A DNA stretch of 64,000 nt from Longimicrobiales bacterium (GTDB lineage: Bacteria; Gemmatimonadota; Gemmatimonadetes; Longimicrobiales; Gaopeijiaceae): contig OZ241869.1 of assembly GCA_965202805.1 (NCBI GenBank), positions 2,048,001 to 2,112,000 on the forward strand, written 5' to 3'. Position numbers and translations under genes: made by a program. Each line of letters starts with the position of its first letter. Position 1 is the stretch's first letter. Positions 1 to 9,890 of the stretch are shown here, piece after piece. The notes under the pieces were generated by a model, which had not been told where the DNA came from, ran no database searches, and saw only the letters and a program-made list of their open reading frames with translations.

Positions 1-676
1 GCCGGTCACCCGGCGGTCGCTCGCCAACGTGATCCTTCTCCGTCCCGGGGCGAGGGGTGCCCGGCGCGACCTCAACTGGCACCAGGTGGTCGGGATCTGG
101 TCGGTCCTGCCACTGGCCGTGATCGCGGCAACCGGGGTCACCACGTCGTATCCGGCTGTGGGAGATCGGGTCTATCCGATGGTGGGGAACGCGGTACCCG
201 CCGGGGCATGGACGGTTGGATCAGCGTCCCGGGAGGTGGAACCCGAGGGGGCGGCGATTTCGGAGGACTCCGCCCGCGTGCCGGACCCGGACCTGGGGGC
301 CGTGCTCGCAACCGCCGAGGCTTGGGCGCCGGGGTGGCGGACCCTGATCCTGAACCTGCCGCGACCCGCGGACAGTGAGGTCCGCGTCGAGGTGCGGGCG
401 GGCCGCGCAGGCCAGCCTCACAGGACCGGCTTTCTCACCCTGGACGCCGCCTCCGGCGCCGCGCGCGCATGGGAGTCCTTCGCCGACGATACGCCCACAC
501 GGCGCGCGCAGCAGTTCCTGCGGTACGCGCACACGGGGGAGTACTGGGGACTGGCCGGCCAGCTGTTGACCGGACTCTTCTCGCTGGCGGCCGCGCTCAT
601 GGTGTGGACCGGCCTTTCCCTGGCGGTGCGCCGGCTGCGCCGCTTCGTCGGGGTCCGGCGGACGCTGCGGGGATAG
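1..676 (+). CDS. PepSY-associated TM helix domain protein (5' truncated by window edge)
   Basis: Frame open from window start; 'RDLNWHQVVGIW' and 'FLRYAHTGEYWG...LMVWTG' are typical PepSY_TM His-containing helices. Confidence 0.8.
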   Translation, partial: PVTRRSLANVILLRPGARGARRDLNWHQVVGIWSVLPLAVIAATGVTTSYPAVGDRVYPMVGNAVPAGAWTVGSASREVEPEGAAISEDSARVPDPDLGAVLATAEAWAPGWRTLILNLPRPADSEVRVEVRAGRAGQPHRTGFLTLDAASGAARAWESFADDTPTRRAQQFLRYAHTGEYWGLAGQLLTGLFSLAAALMVWTGLSLAVRRLRRFVGVRRTLRG

Positions 677-758
677 TCGGTCTGCCCCGTCTCACGCGTG
701 AGGCGGGTCCCGCGCCAATCAGGCGTGGAACGAGCGGAGTCGACCGGCGAAGCCTGCT

Positions 759-1700
759 CTAGGGAATGCCCTGGGAGAGCTTCGGAAGAGGCCTCGGGCT
801 CGAAAACCCTCCGCCGGTCTCGATGTCGACGACGATCGAGCCGATCAGGTTCCCGATCGCCTTCTCCCCGCGGCGCAGCGCGTAACGATACAACGCGCGC
901 CAGCCGAGCGTAGCCAGCCCGCCGACCGCCGCTCCACCGGCAAGGAAGCCCAATACAGCCGCACCGGCCGCGAGACCCCCGACCCCGAGGGCGGCGGCCG
1001 CGGCCCCGCCCGCAAAGGCGCCACCGACACCGCTCAACGACCCGGCCAATCCCGAGACGCAGCCCCCGACCCACATATTGAGCTTGTGGCTGTAGATCAG
1101 GCTCCCCCGCACGGTCAACTCGGTCGCAGGCGGCTCGGTGGCCAGGCGCCGGAGGCTGAAAAGGAGCTGCTTGAGGTCGATCCAGGCCATCTCGTACGCG
1201 AACGACTGGTCTCCCAGGGTTGCCAGGTATCGAGGCACCTTGAACACCAGCACGCCCCCGTCGAGGGGACCGGCTCCGTGTTGATCGACAAGACTCAGGC
1301 GGAACGGGTCTTCCGGGAGGATCCGCTGCATGGCGCCGTAGACCTCCTCCGCCGGTGCGTGGATCACCCGGGAGACCTCCAGCGCAAGCGGCGGGTGGCC
1401 CAGGAAACGGGCTGCCATCGCCGACGGCCGGGCCCGGGCTCCTTCGGCGAGCGCCCGATTGCGAGCCTCTACGAGCGCATGATCGACGAACTCCGTCGAA
1501 ATGCCGGCTTCTTCGGCAGCGGCCCGGACATCCGCGAGGCGGTACCCTTCCACCTCCGCCGTGTCGGAGGGATGCCCCCGCGGAGCCAGCTGCCGCGAAC
1601 GCGCCTCGAGGCGACGGGCGGCCTCGGCCTGCAACTCGGCCGCACGCTGCCAGAGTGCGCGTGCCTCCTCTTCGGAGATGCGGGTTTCGTCCTGGTCCAT
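759..1700 (-). CDS. Hypothetical membrane protein (N-terminal helical 'SEEEARALWQRAAELQ...AAEEAGI' region, Gly/Ala-rich C-terminal TM hairpin)
   Basis: ORF 759..1901; ATG at 1700 (MDQDE) chosen because upstream residues look non-coding; hydrophobic C-terminal segment. Confidence 0.6.
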   Translation of the reverse strand: MDQDETRISEEEARALWQRAAELQAEAARRLEARSRQLAPRGHPSDTAEVEGYRLADVRAAAEEAGISTEFVDHALVEARNRALAEGARARPSAMAARFLGHPPLALEVSRVIHAPAEEVYGAMQRILPEDPFRLSLVDQHGAGPLDGGVLVFKVPRYLATLGDQSFAYEMAWIDLKQLLFSLRRLATEPPATELTVRGSLIYSHKLNMWVGGCVSGLAGSLSGVGGAFAGGAAAAALGVGGLAAGAAVLGFLAGGAAVGGLATLGWRALYRYALRRGEKAIGNLIGSIVVDIETGGGFSSPRPLPKLSQGIP

Positions 1701-1921
1701 GGAACCGTGGCAAGGGTTGCACACGCAGCCATCTCGGGGACGGGCGCCCCGCGCAGGCTTTTTCCTCAACGGCACCCCGCCAGTGCCGGAGGCCCGGGTC
1801 CGCGCCCGGTGCACGGCATGGCGGCGGGATGGCCCACATGTAGATTCATGCAAACTTCCCCGGCCCACCCGCGTCAGGCAAACGATGGGCTGGTGGAACA
1901 CCGGAACCCGAGGAGGCGCTC

Positions 1922-3877
1922 ATGCCAGGTCGTCTGCGGCTGATTGGAGCGGGCTCGCTCGCATGCGTGGTGTGGCTCTGGGCCTGCGAGCCCCGTTTCG
2001 GCGGCGGGGGCGGCGGGGGCGCCGACTCCGTCTATTGGGCCTACTTCGGAGGCGACAAGGCGTTCACCAGGTACTCTCCTCTCGATCAGATAACGCGCGA
2101 CAATGTCGGGGACCTGGAGGTCCTGTGGCGGCGCCCCGCCGTCGATGCCGCCCTGACGGACTCCTTTCCGGATCTGGGGGTCTCGGGCTACCTCAGGGCG
2201 ACGCCGATCTTCATCGACGGCGTGCTCTATGCCCCCAACGGCGTCGGTCTGGCCGAGGCCTTCGATCCGGCGACCGGCGAGACCCTCTGGATCCAGCAGC
2301 CGTTCCCGCGGACGATCGAGGAAGCCCGGGGCCGGTCCTCAAGGGGTATGGACTATTGGACCGACGGCTCCGAGCGCCGCCTGATACACGTGCGCGGCGG
2401 ATATCTCTACGCCCTCGACCCGGAAACCGGCCAGACCCGTCCCGGCTTCGGCGATGGCGGAAGGGTCGACCTGGTCCCGGCCTCGGCCCGGCGGTTCGGC
2501 TGGAGCTCCGGTCCCATCGTCGTGAACGACGTCATCGTGGTCGCGGGCACGGTCGACGGAGCGGGCGACTCGGGGACGCGCTGGAAGGGAAGCGCGCCCG
2601 AGAACCTGCGCGGATACGACGTGCGCACCGGCGAGCTGCTCTGGACCTTCAACGTCGTGCCGCGGGAGGGCGAGTTCGGCGTCGACACCTGGGGCAAGGA
2701 GTCGTGGCGGGAATCGGGCGACCTCGGCGCATGGTGCTGCCTCAGCGCGGACGAGGAGCTCGGCTTCGTGTACGTGCCCTTTTCGGCGCCGACCGCCGCC
2801 TACTACGGGGGCCATCGCCCGGGCGACAACCTGTTCTCCAACAGCCTGGTGGCGATCGACGCCGCGACCGGGGAGCGGGCATGGCACTTCCAGATGGTGC
2901 ATCACGACCTGTGGGAGTACGACACCGTGGGTCCGCCGACGCTGGGTGAGATCGTGGTGGACGGCCGCCGCATCGACGCCGTCATGCAGCCGGGCAAGAC
3001 GGGCTTCCTGTACGTCTTCGACCGCGTGACCGGCGAGCCGGTATGGCCGATCGAGGAGCGTCCCGTACCCCAGTCCACGGTTCCGGGCGAGCATACCTCC
3101 CCGACGCAACCGTTTCCGACCAGGCCGGCGCCGTTCGCCAGGCACGGCATCACCCCTGACGACCTCATCGACTTCCCGGGGCTCCGCGAGCGGGCGCGCG
3201 CGTTGGCCGATTCGTTCGTCGTCGGCCCGATCTTCACCCCGCCGTCGCTCGTCAGCGACGAGCCGGGCGGCACGAAGGGCACGCTGATGGTGCCCGGGTC
3301 GTGGGGGGCGGGAAACTGGAACACGGGTGCGTTCGATCCCGAAACCGGCATGTACTACGCCTTCGCCCACTCGATCCCGCGCGTCTACCGCATCGCCAGG
3401 GCCACGGACCCGACAGCGGAGATGGAGTACTGGAGCCCCAATCGAGACGCGCCCTACATCGACGGTTTGCCGATCACGAAGCCGCCTTGGGGCCGGATCA
3501 CGGCGATCGACATGAACCGGGGCGAGCACGTCTGGGTGAAGGCGAACGGGGATGGCCCGAGGGATCACCCGGCCCTTCGGGATGTGGAGGTCCCCCCGCT
3601 CGGCGTGGCCAGCCGGCCCGTGGCGCTCGTCACGAAGACCCTCCTGCTGATGGGCGAAGGAGCCCAGGGAGTATTCGGGGGCGTCCAGGCGAACATGTGG
3701 GGCAAGACCTTCCGCGCCTGGGACAAGGCCACCGGAGAGGTGGTCCGGGAGATGGAGCTGGACGCGGGGACGACGGCAGGCCCCATGTCGTACATGCACG
3801 ACGGGAAGCAGTTCATCGTGGTGGCCATCGGCGGCAGGGAACATCCGCCCGAATTCGTCGCGCTCGGGCTTCGGTGA
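1922..3877 (+). CDS. PQQ-dependent dehydrogenase (quinoprotein glucose dehydrogenase-like), probable lipoprotein
   Basis: 'RYSPLDQITRDNV', 'ATPIFIDGVLY', 'WHFQMVHHDLWEYD', 'KPPWGRITAID', 'GPMSY..GKQFIVV' PQQ propeller motifs. Confidence 0.9.
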   Translation: MPGRLRLIGAGSLACVVWLWACEPRFGGGGGGGADSVYWAYFGGDKAFTRYSPLDQITRDNVGDLEVLWRRPAVDAALTDSFPDLGVSGYLRATPIFIDGVLYAPNGVGLAEAFDPATGETLWIQQPFPRTIEEARGRSSRGMDYWTDGSERRLIHVRGGYLYALDPETGQTRPGFGDGGRVDLVPASARRFGWSSGPIVVNDVIVVAGTVDGAGDSGTRWKGSAPENLRGYDVRTGELLWTFNVVPREGEFGVDTWGKESWRESGDLGAWCCLSADEELGFVYVPFSAPTAAYYGGHRPGDNLFSNSLVAIDAATGERAWHFQMVHHDLWEYDTVGPPTLGEIVVDGRRIDAVMQPGKTGFLYVFDRVTGEPVWPIEERPVPQSTVPGEHTSPTQPFPTRPAPFARHGITPDDLIDFPGLRERARALADSFVVGPIFTPPSLVSDEPGGTKGTLMVPGSWGAGNWNTGAFDPETGMYYAFAHSIPRVYRIARATDPTAEMEYWSPNRDAPYIDGLPITKPPWGRITAIDMNRGEHVWVKANGDGPRDHPALRDVEVPPLGVASRPVALVTKTLLLMGEGAQGVFGGVQANMWGKTFRAWDKATGEVVREMELDAGTTAGPMSYMHDGKQFIVVAIGGREHPPEFVALGLR

Positions 3878-3945
3878 GCCGGGCCGGCGCGGTTACTGAC
3901 GGGGATGGGCCACGCCGCGGCGCGCATGCGTCCCTGGGCGGGTTA

Positions 3946-5142
3946 TCAGCCGGAGTTCCACCAGCGGGACGGCTTCAGGCGCTCGCCGCGTCCGCTGACG
4001 CGGTCCAGCCAGAGCGCGAGTCGCCTTAGGCGCGTGCCGGCCAGCCATCGCCACGCTCGACTCCACCGGTCGCGATAGTCGCGGTTGTACGGGCAGACGC
4101 GCACGCAGATCGAGCAGTCGGTGTTCTGGTTGGCCCAGAAGCGGAAGCACTTCTCGGCATCCGTTGTCCATTTGCGGATGCCCTGGATGTTCGACCGGTT
4201 GTGGACCACGGTGGACGGTTCGCCGTCGTCGATGGCTTTCGCGGGGCAGCCCTTTGTGCACGCGCGGCAGATGTCGCACGTCTCCTTCACGCCGAATCGC
4301 ACCGGGCGGTCGTGGGCGAGCGGCATGTCGGTGAAGACCTTGCCGAGCCGGACCCGGGGACCGTACTCGCGGGTGATGAGGAGGCCGTGGCGTCCGTACT
4401 CGCCCAGCCCGGCCTTGATGGCGAGCGGGATGGCCAGCGCCGAGTCGTTCATGCTGGCCACGGCCCGGTAGCCGAGATTGGTGATGTACTGCGCGATCGC
4501 CAGCAGCACGATGGTGTCCCGGGAGTAGGTGGCTCCCGTCGCGGTGCCGCTCAGCGCTGAGGGCGCCGTGCGCAGGAGCTCCCGGTCCATGGATTGCGCG
4601 ATCACGATCACGTTTTCGAACTCGGTGGAGATCTCCTGCGGCTTCTCGTGCTCGTTCTCGCGGCTGTAGGCGTGCGTGTAGAGCCAACGCTCGTCGTTGC
4701 CGGTGATCCCCACCAGATCGGCGCCCAGGGTCTTCGCGGCGTGCTTGATCTCGCGCGCCATCTCCTCGGGAGACGCCACCGGGGGCTGGCTGCCCGGGCC
4801 CTCGCGAACGACGGTGTACGGGTCCAGAAAACCCTCGCGGCGGTCGTCGCCCTCACGCAGTTCGGCGAAGATGTCCGTCACATGCCAGGACGCGTTGCGC
4901 AGCGCATAGTCGCGCTGGGTGAAGCCATCGACGGAACGCCAGGTCAGCTTCGGCGTCCGGTACGTCTCGTAGAACATGTCCGAGCGGTGCGTACGCACCT
5001 CCGGATCCCAGAACGAGCGGCAGAAGATGTCGTCCCTCTGCGAGAAGCGCTCGAAGTCCTCCCGGATGTCGAAGCCGGCCTCCTCGTCCGAGACGGCGAA
5101 TCCGGCATCGCGTGTGTGACCCGGGTTGGTTGAGTCGTCCAT
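3946..5142 (-). CDS. rdhA: Reductive dehalogenase (RdhA-like corrinoid/2x[4Fe-4S] protein) lacking a TAT signal
   Basis: 'AKTLGADLVGIT', 'AGLGEYGRHGLLITREYGPRVRLGKVFTDMPL', 'CDICRACTKGCPAKAI', 'WTTDAEKCFRFW...CSICVRVCPYN'. Confidence 0.8.
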   Translation of the reverse strand: MDDSTNPGHTRDAGFAVSDEEAGFDIREDFERFSQRDDIFCRSFWDPEVRTHRSDMFYETYRTPKLTWRSVDGFTQRDYALRNASWHVTDIFAELREGDDRREGFLDPYTVVREGPGSQPPVASPEEMAREIKHAAKTLGADLVGITGNDERWLYTHAYSRENEHEKPQEISTEFENVIVIAQSMDRELLRTAPSALSGTATGATYSRDTIVLLAIAQYITNLGYRAVASMNDSALAIPLAIKAGLGEYGRHGLLITREYGPRVRLGKVFTDMPLAHDRPVRFGVKETCDICRACTKGCPAKAIDDGEPSTVVHNRSNIQGIRKWTTDAEKCFRFWANQNTDCSICVRVCPYNRDYRDRWSRAWRWLAGTRLRRLALWLDRVSGRGERLKPSRWWNSG

Positions 5143-5170
5143 CTCGTTCGGCGCTCCAGCCGGCGGCCGG

Positions 5171-6508
5171 CTAGCGGACAGCCTCCGGCAGCCGCTTCAC
5201 GATGATCGTGGGGACGTCGAATTCGTCCGTCTCGACGAACGCGACCATGCCACCGGGGCCGAACGCGGCGGGCATCGGCGTCTCCTCCAGCGAGAACGTG
5301 CCGACGTACTCGCCCTCCGCGGCGAGGACATCGATCCATCCGTCAGGCGTCTCGTCCCTCCCCGACCCTGCGCCGGCGAACTCGAGCTGCCCCAATGGAT
5401 CGCTCCCCCACCGTAGGACCCAGATCGTCCCCTCCCAGGTCGTACGAAGATCGCGCACCAGGGGCACCTCGGGCATGAAAGCCGCGTTCGCCACCATTTC
5501 GCGCATGCCGGCCACCAGGCCCTCCATCAAGGCTGCGAACTGCGCGTGGGCGGCCTCCGGAACGTCTTCGCCCACCTCCGAGGTGGTGAACTGCGCCTCG
5601 ACGGACGCCTCGTATTCCTCCACCACCCGCGCCCGTGCGCGCTCCCGCAGGCGTTCTGTAACGGCCTGCGGGTGAAGGGGCCGGCCGACAACCCGTGGCG
5701 GGGCACCCGTCGTCCGGATCTTCACGACATACGCGGAGGAATCGGAATATGCCACCCCGCCACCGGGGAGAACATCGAACACCAGACGGGGCTCGAAGTA
5801 GGCGAGTGCGCCGTCGAGCGCGGCGAACATGTCCGAGGGGTCCTCGACCTCGATCGTGACCTGCCGCCGGGGGCGCGGTTCCCAACCCTCCGCGAACGGT
5901 ACCGGGACGGCCTCTTCCCTCTCGTCGAGAGCCACGCGGTAGATCGTGCGGTCACCCGACGTGACGGATGCTTCCCCGCGGCTGAAGCTCGCGGCCGTGC
6001 CTCGAGTCAGGAACAGCGCGCCCCCGTCCCGCGCGGGGCGCACGATCTGAGCGGAGCCGGCCCGGCCGTCGCCCGTATCCGCGAAGCGGAGCGCGCGTTC
6101 GAACGAGCCGTCCGGGCCGAACAGGAGGTAGGCGCGGTGACCCTCGTCGACGATCACGGCCCCGCCCTCGGGCCGAGCCACCATCTGCCCCACCTGCCGA
6201 AGCTCACCCGGGCCGTCGCCCATGCGTCCGAACTCCGCCGCCAGGCCTCCGATCACGTCCACGACCACGATGCGGGTGGAGGACCCTGCCTCGTCGCGAA
6301 CGTAGAGGTGACCGCGCGCGTCGAAGCCCAGGTCCGCGATCTCCGTGAACGCATCCCACCCTTCCGCCGCGATCCCGCCGATCCGGTACACCTCCTCGAA
6401 GTCGGCCTCCAGCGGACGGTCCTCGCTCACCGGCGGAGCGGACTCTCCGCCGGTTTCGCCACCGCAAGCGCCCAGCAGCGCGGCGAATACCGCGTAACGT
6501 CTTTTCAT
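5171..6508 (-). CDS. 6-bladed beta-propeller lipoprotein
   Basis: Lipobox 'LLGAC'; 'FGRMGDGPGEL' NHL-like blade; C-terminal 'IDVLAAEGEYVG...ETDEFDVPTI'; GGAGG upstream of ATG 6508. Confidence 0.75.
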   Translation of the reverse strand: MKRRYAVFAALLGACGGETGGESAPPVSEDRPLEADFEEVYRIGGIAAEGWDAFTEIADLGFDARGHLYVRDEAGSSTRIVVVDVIGGLAAEFGRMGDGPGELRQVGQMVARPEGGAVIVDEGHRAYLLFGPDGSFERALRFADTGDGRAGSAQIVRPARDGGALFLTRGTAASFSRGEASVTSGDRTIYRVALDEREEAVPVPFAEGWEPRPRRQVTIEVEDPSDMFAALDGALAYFEPRLVFDVLPGGGVAYSDSSAYVVKIRTTGAPPRVVGRPLHPQAVTERLRERARARVVEEYEASVEAQFTTSEVGEDVPEAAHAQFAALMEGLVAGMREMVANAAFMPEVPLVRDLRTTWEGTIWVLRWGSDPLGQLEFAGAGSGRDETPDGWIDVLAAEGEYVGTFSLEETPMPAAFGPGGMVAFVETDEFDVPTIIVKRLPEAVR

Positions 6509-6634
6509 CAGACAACCTCCCAGGGTCGCCAAGATAGCCGCGATTCTCCCGACCGCACAAAGAGGGTCCTTGGAAATATGGGAGGACCGGCCTCCGCCGG
6601 GTCCGAACCATCCGCCGACCGCGTCTTGCAGCGC

Positions 6635-8356
6635 CTATGCAACCTCTACGCGTATCGTGATGATGTCGATATCGTGGTATTGCTTGTGGTGTATGGACGA
6701 GGCGTAGTGGCGCAGCAGCCGCAGCGGGATTTCGTCGGCTGCGGATACTGCCGACTCGTTCAGCATGGCGAGTTGGTCTTCGATGTTCGTCTCGTCCGTC
6801 GTCGCGATGAATTCCAGGTCGGCCTCGTCGCCGTCGACCCCCGCCAGCAGAAGCAGCCGCCTCTCGCCCTTCCCCCGCCGAACAAGGATCTGAATGGTCT
6901 CCTCACCCACGGCGCGGAGACGCGTCTCCGTCGCTTCATCCCAACCCTTCCTGCCAGCGAACTTGCGCAGGAAGGCATCGATCTCCGGCCACCTGTCGGC
7001 AGTCAACCGGGTCTTGAGACGCAACCGCCGTCCTCCCGCCAATCCCCCGAGGAGCGTGAGGAGGATTACAGCGAGCCCCCCGACCGTCATCCCGTTGCCG
7101 AGCAACTCCTCCCAGGGGCCCTGGATCGCCGCCGGGTAGATCCAGTCGAGCTGGAAGGCCACGCCGAGCCAGAATGCGACACCGACGATGAGACCCTTCC
7201 GGTAGTCGAGGCCCTCCCGCAGGAGGATCTTCATGCCGAACACGAAGATCAAGGCGACGATGACCACCATGTATGCGGCCACCACCGGACCCGGTATCGC
7301 GATCAGAAGAGCAACGAACTTGGGCAGAAACGCAAAGGCGACCAACACGACACCTATGGCCACCCCGACCCGGCGTGAAGCGATTCCGGTAAGTTCGGCA
7401 ACGGCGACGCCCGAGCCATAAGTAGTGTTCGGTACGGTCCCGGCGAGACCCGAGAGCAGGTTCCCGAGTCCGTCCGCTGCGATCGCCCCCTGGATGGACC
7501 GGAAACTGATTGCCCTGGGTCTCCGCCATGACACTCGCTGAATCGAGATGCTGTCCCCGAGCGTGTCCATGGCGCTCGCCAGCGTGACCATCACGAAAGA
7601 CGGCAGAAGCGCCCAGAACTCGGGCCGAAAACTCAGGTCGATCCCTGGATAGGCCACCTCCGGCAACCCGATCCACGGAGCCTCGGCCGCCGCTGTCAGA
7701 TCGTAGATCCCGAATCCGAGGCCCGCCGTAAGGCATCCGGCAACGAGCCCCAGCGCCGGAGCCCAGATCCGTAGCGTGCCGGAGAAGTTGAGCGGAATGA
7801 GCAGGATGACCAGCAGCGTCACGCCCGCCGTGACCGGAGCCGCTGCCGGCGCCACATCAGGAGGTACGTCAGCCAGCTTGTTGAGAATCACGGGCGCGAG
7901 GGTCAGGGGAATCAGCATCAGCACGGTGCCGGCCACGGTCGGCGTGAAGACCCTGCGCAACAGCGCCATCCTGGACGCAAGGCCGAACTGGACCGCCGAG
8001 GACGCGATGATGAGAGCAGCGAGCATTCCCGGTCCGCCTTGTTCGAGGGCGGACACGCACACGGCGAGGAAGGCGCTCGTGCTTCCCATGATGAGGATGT
8101 ATCCGGCCCCGATGGGTCCCACCGTGCGTGCCTGGACGGCCGTGGTGATTCCGCAGATCACGATCGCCGAGAAGACCGCCCAGTAGAGGTACGGCTCGCT
8201 CCCGCCCGACACCGTGATCATTACCGTGGGTGTCATCACGATGCTGGCGATGCAGAGGCAGGCGAATTGCATCCCCAGCCCGGCGCTGAGCAATGGCGAA
8301 GGCCGCTCGTCGGGCTCGTAACGCACCTCGCGACTTGCCTTCGACGTGTTCGGCAT
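6635..8356 (-). CDS. NCS2 (uracil/xanthine) family permease with extra ~130-aa C-terminal soluble domain
   Basis: 'YEPDERP', 'LSAGLGMQ', 'GAIAADGLGNLLSG...PNTTY', 'FLPKFVALLIAIPGPV' NCS2 motifs; start uncertain. Confidence 0.85.
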   Translation of the reverse strand: MPNTSKASREVRYEPDERPSPLLSAGLGMQFACLCIASIVMTPTVMITVSGGSEPYLYWAVFSAIVICGITTAVQARTVGPIGAGYILIMGSTSAFLAVCVSALEQGGPGMLAALIIASSAVQFGLASRMALLRRVFTPTVAGTVLMLIPLTLAPVILNKLADVPPDVAPAAAPVTAGVTLLVILLIPLNFSGTLRIWAPALGLVAGCLTAGLGFGIYDLTAAAEAPWIGLPEVAYPGIDLSFRPEFWALLPSFVMVTLASAMDTLGDSISIQRVSWRRPRAISFRSIQGAIAADGLGNLLSGLAGTVPNTTYGSGVAVAELTGIASRRVGVAIGVVLVAFAFLPKFVALLIAIPGPVVAAYMVVIVALIFVFGMKILLREGLDYRKGLIVGVAFWLGVAFQLDWIYPAAIQGPWEELLGNGMTVGGLAVILLTLLGGLAGGRRLRLKTRLTADRWPEIDAFLRKFAGRKGWDEATETRLRAVGEETIQILVRRGKGERRLLLLAGVDGDEADLEFIATTDETNIEDQLAMLNESAVSAADEIPLRLLRHYASSIHHKQYHDIDIITIRVEVA

Positions 8357-8509
8357 CAGCGGCAAGAGTCCCGTGAGGGTTTCGTGTGTTGAAGTGGTGG
8401 GGCACAATGTTAACGGTCACGCCCGTCGGGCAACTCGGCTCACGGCCGTCCCATACGCCCCGCGCACCGCCGCCAGTCCAGCCCCGGCCCCCGGATTCCC
8501 GGTCCCGAC

Positions 8510-9880
8510 ATGTTCCTCGACTTCGCCCTGATCTCCGGCCTGTTGGTCGTCGCGCATCTGCTGCGCACGTGGGTCCGGTTTTTCCAGACCATTTTCCTGC
8601 CCACGCCGATCCTGGCCGGGCTGATCGGGCTGGGCGTCGGACCCGAAGGGCTGGACCTGCTCCCGTTCGCGCGCGATGCGGGCGGCGCGCCGGTCATGAC
8701 CCGGTATCCAGGCGAGCTGGTCGTGCTTCTGTTCGCCACCCTCTTCATGGGCTGGCGCACGAGCCGGCCCCGATTCAGGGAGATGATCCGCGACGCCGGG
8801 GACACCTTCTTCTACAATCTGTCGGCGTGGATCGGCCAGTTCGGGCTGGCGCTGCTGTTCGCGGGCGCCGTCCTCATTCCGCTCTTTCGCGAGGTCGGCG
8901 GACCCTTCGCCGTGATGCTCCCGGCCGGCTTCGTCGGGGGTCACGGCACGGCAGCCGCCGTCGGATCCATCCTCGCCGACCAGGGCCACGATCATGCCCT
9001 GCCGGTCGGATACACCTTCGCCACCATCGGACTCCTGGCGGCCGTGCTGGGCGGGGTTGCGGCGATCAACCTCGCGACGCGTTCGGGCTGGACCCGTCTC
9101 GTTTCGACCCCGCGCGAGCTTCCGGCGGACCAGCGGCGGGGGCTGATCGATCCCGACGACGCCCGCCACGTGGGGAAGGAAACCGTCAGCCCGCTGGCAC
9201 TCGACACTCTGTCCTGGCACGTCGCGCTCGTCCTGCTCGCCTATGGGGCCGCCCACGCAGTGGCCTGGGCCCTGCGCTCGGCGGGCGGCACCCTCACCGC
9301 CGTTCCCATGTTCGGGCTCGCGGTGATCTGCGGCGCCCTCATCCAGGCACTGCTGGACGCGCTGGGCGTCGGCCGGCACGTCGATCGACCGACGATGGGG
9401 CGCATCGGATCTTCGATCTCGGACTACCTGGTAGCGTTCGGGGTGGCGTCGATCCCCCTCACGATCGTGGCGGAGTACGCGGCGCCCATCCTCGTGATGT
9501 CGGTGTTCGGCTTCGCCCACGCGATCGTCCTGACCCTGTGGATCGCCCGCCGCACCTTTCACAACTACTGGTTCGAGCGAGGGCTGTTCACCTTCGGCTG
9601 GTCCACCGGGGTCGTGGCCATGGGGATCGCCCTTCTGCGCGTGGTGGACCCCAAACGGAAGTCGAGCACGCTCGACGACTACGGCCTGGCGTACCTTCCC
9701 ATCGCCGTGGTCGAGATCGCCGTACTGTCCACGCTGCCGCTGTGGATCGCCCAGGGCGCCGTGTGGCTCCCGGGACTCGTGCTGACCGCCGCGGCCGCGG
9801 GCCTGCTGCTGGTCTCGTGGCGCACGATCGGCTTCTTCCCATCCGATCCCGTGGCCCGGCGGACCGGAGAACCCGGATGA
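8510..9880 (+). CDS. Sodium/glutamate symporter (GltS/ESS family)
   Basis: 'FLPTPILAGLIGL', 'GFVGGHGTAAA', 'FATIGLL', 'FGWSTGVVAMGIALLRVVDP'. Confidence 0.85.
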   Translation: MFLDFALISGLLVVAHLLRTWVRFFQTIFLPTPILAGLIGLGVGPEGLDLLPFARDAGGAPVMTRYPGELVVLLFATLFMGWRTSRPRFREMIRDAGDTFFYNLSAWIGQFGLALLFAGAVLIPLFREVGGPFAVMLPAGFVGGHGTAAAVGSILADQGHDHALPVGYTFATIGLLAAVLGGVAAINLATRSGWTRLVSTPRELPADQRRGLIDPDDARHVGKETVSPLALDTLSWHVALVLLAYGAAHAVAWALRSAGGTLTAVPMFGLAVICGALIQALLDALGVGRHVDRPTMGRIGSSISDYLVAFGVASIPLTIVAEYAAPILVMSVFGFAHAIVLTLWIARRTFHNYWFERGLFTFGWSTGVVAMGIALLRVVDPKRKSSTLDDYGLAYLPIAVVEIAVLSTLPLWIAQGAVWLPGLVLTAAAAGLLLVSWRTIGFFPSDPVARRTGEPG

Positions 9881-9890
9881 CGGCGACCCG

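Noticed and set aside
3946..5142. Epoxyqueuosine reductase QueG
   Set aside because: Second cluster region is W..D..KC..FW...C..C...CP (RdhA-type), not CISYLTIE...GCD.CQ
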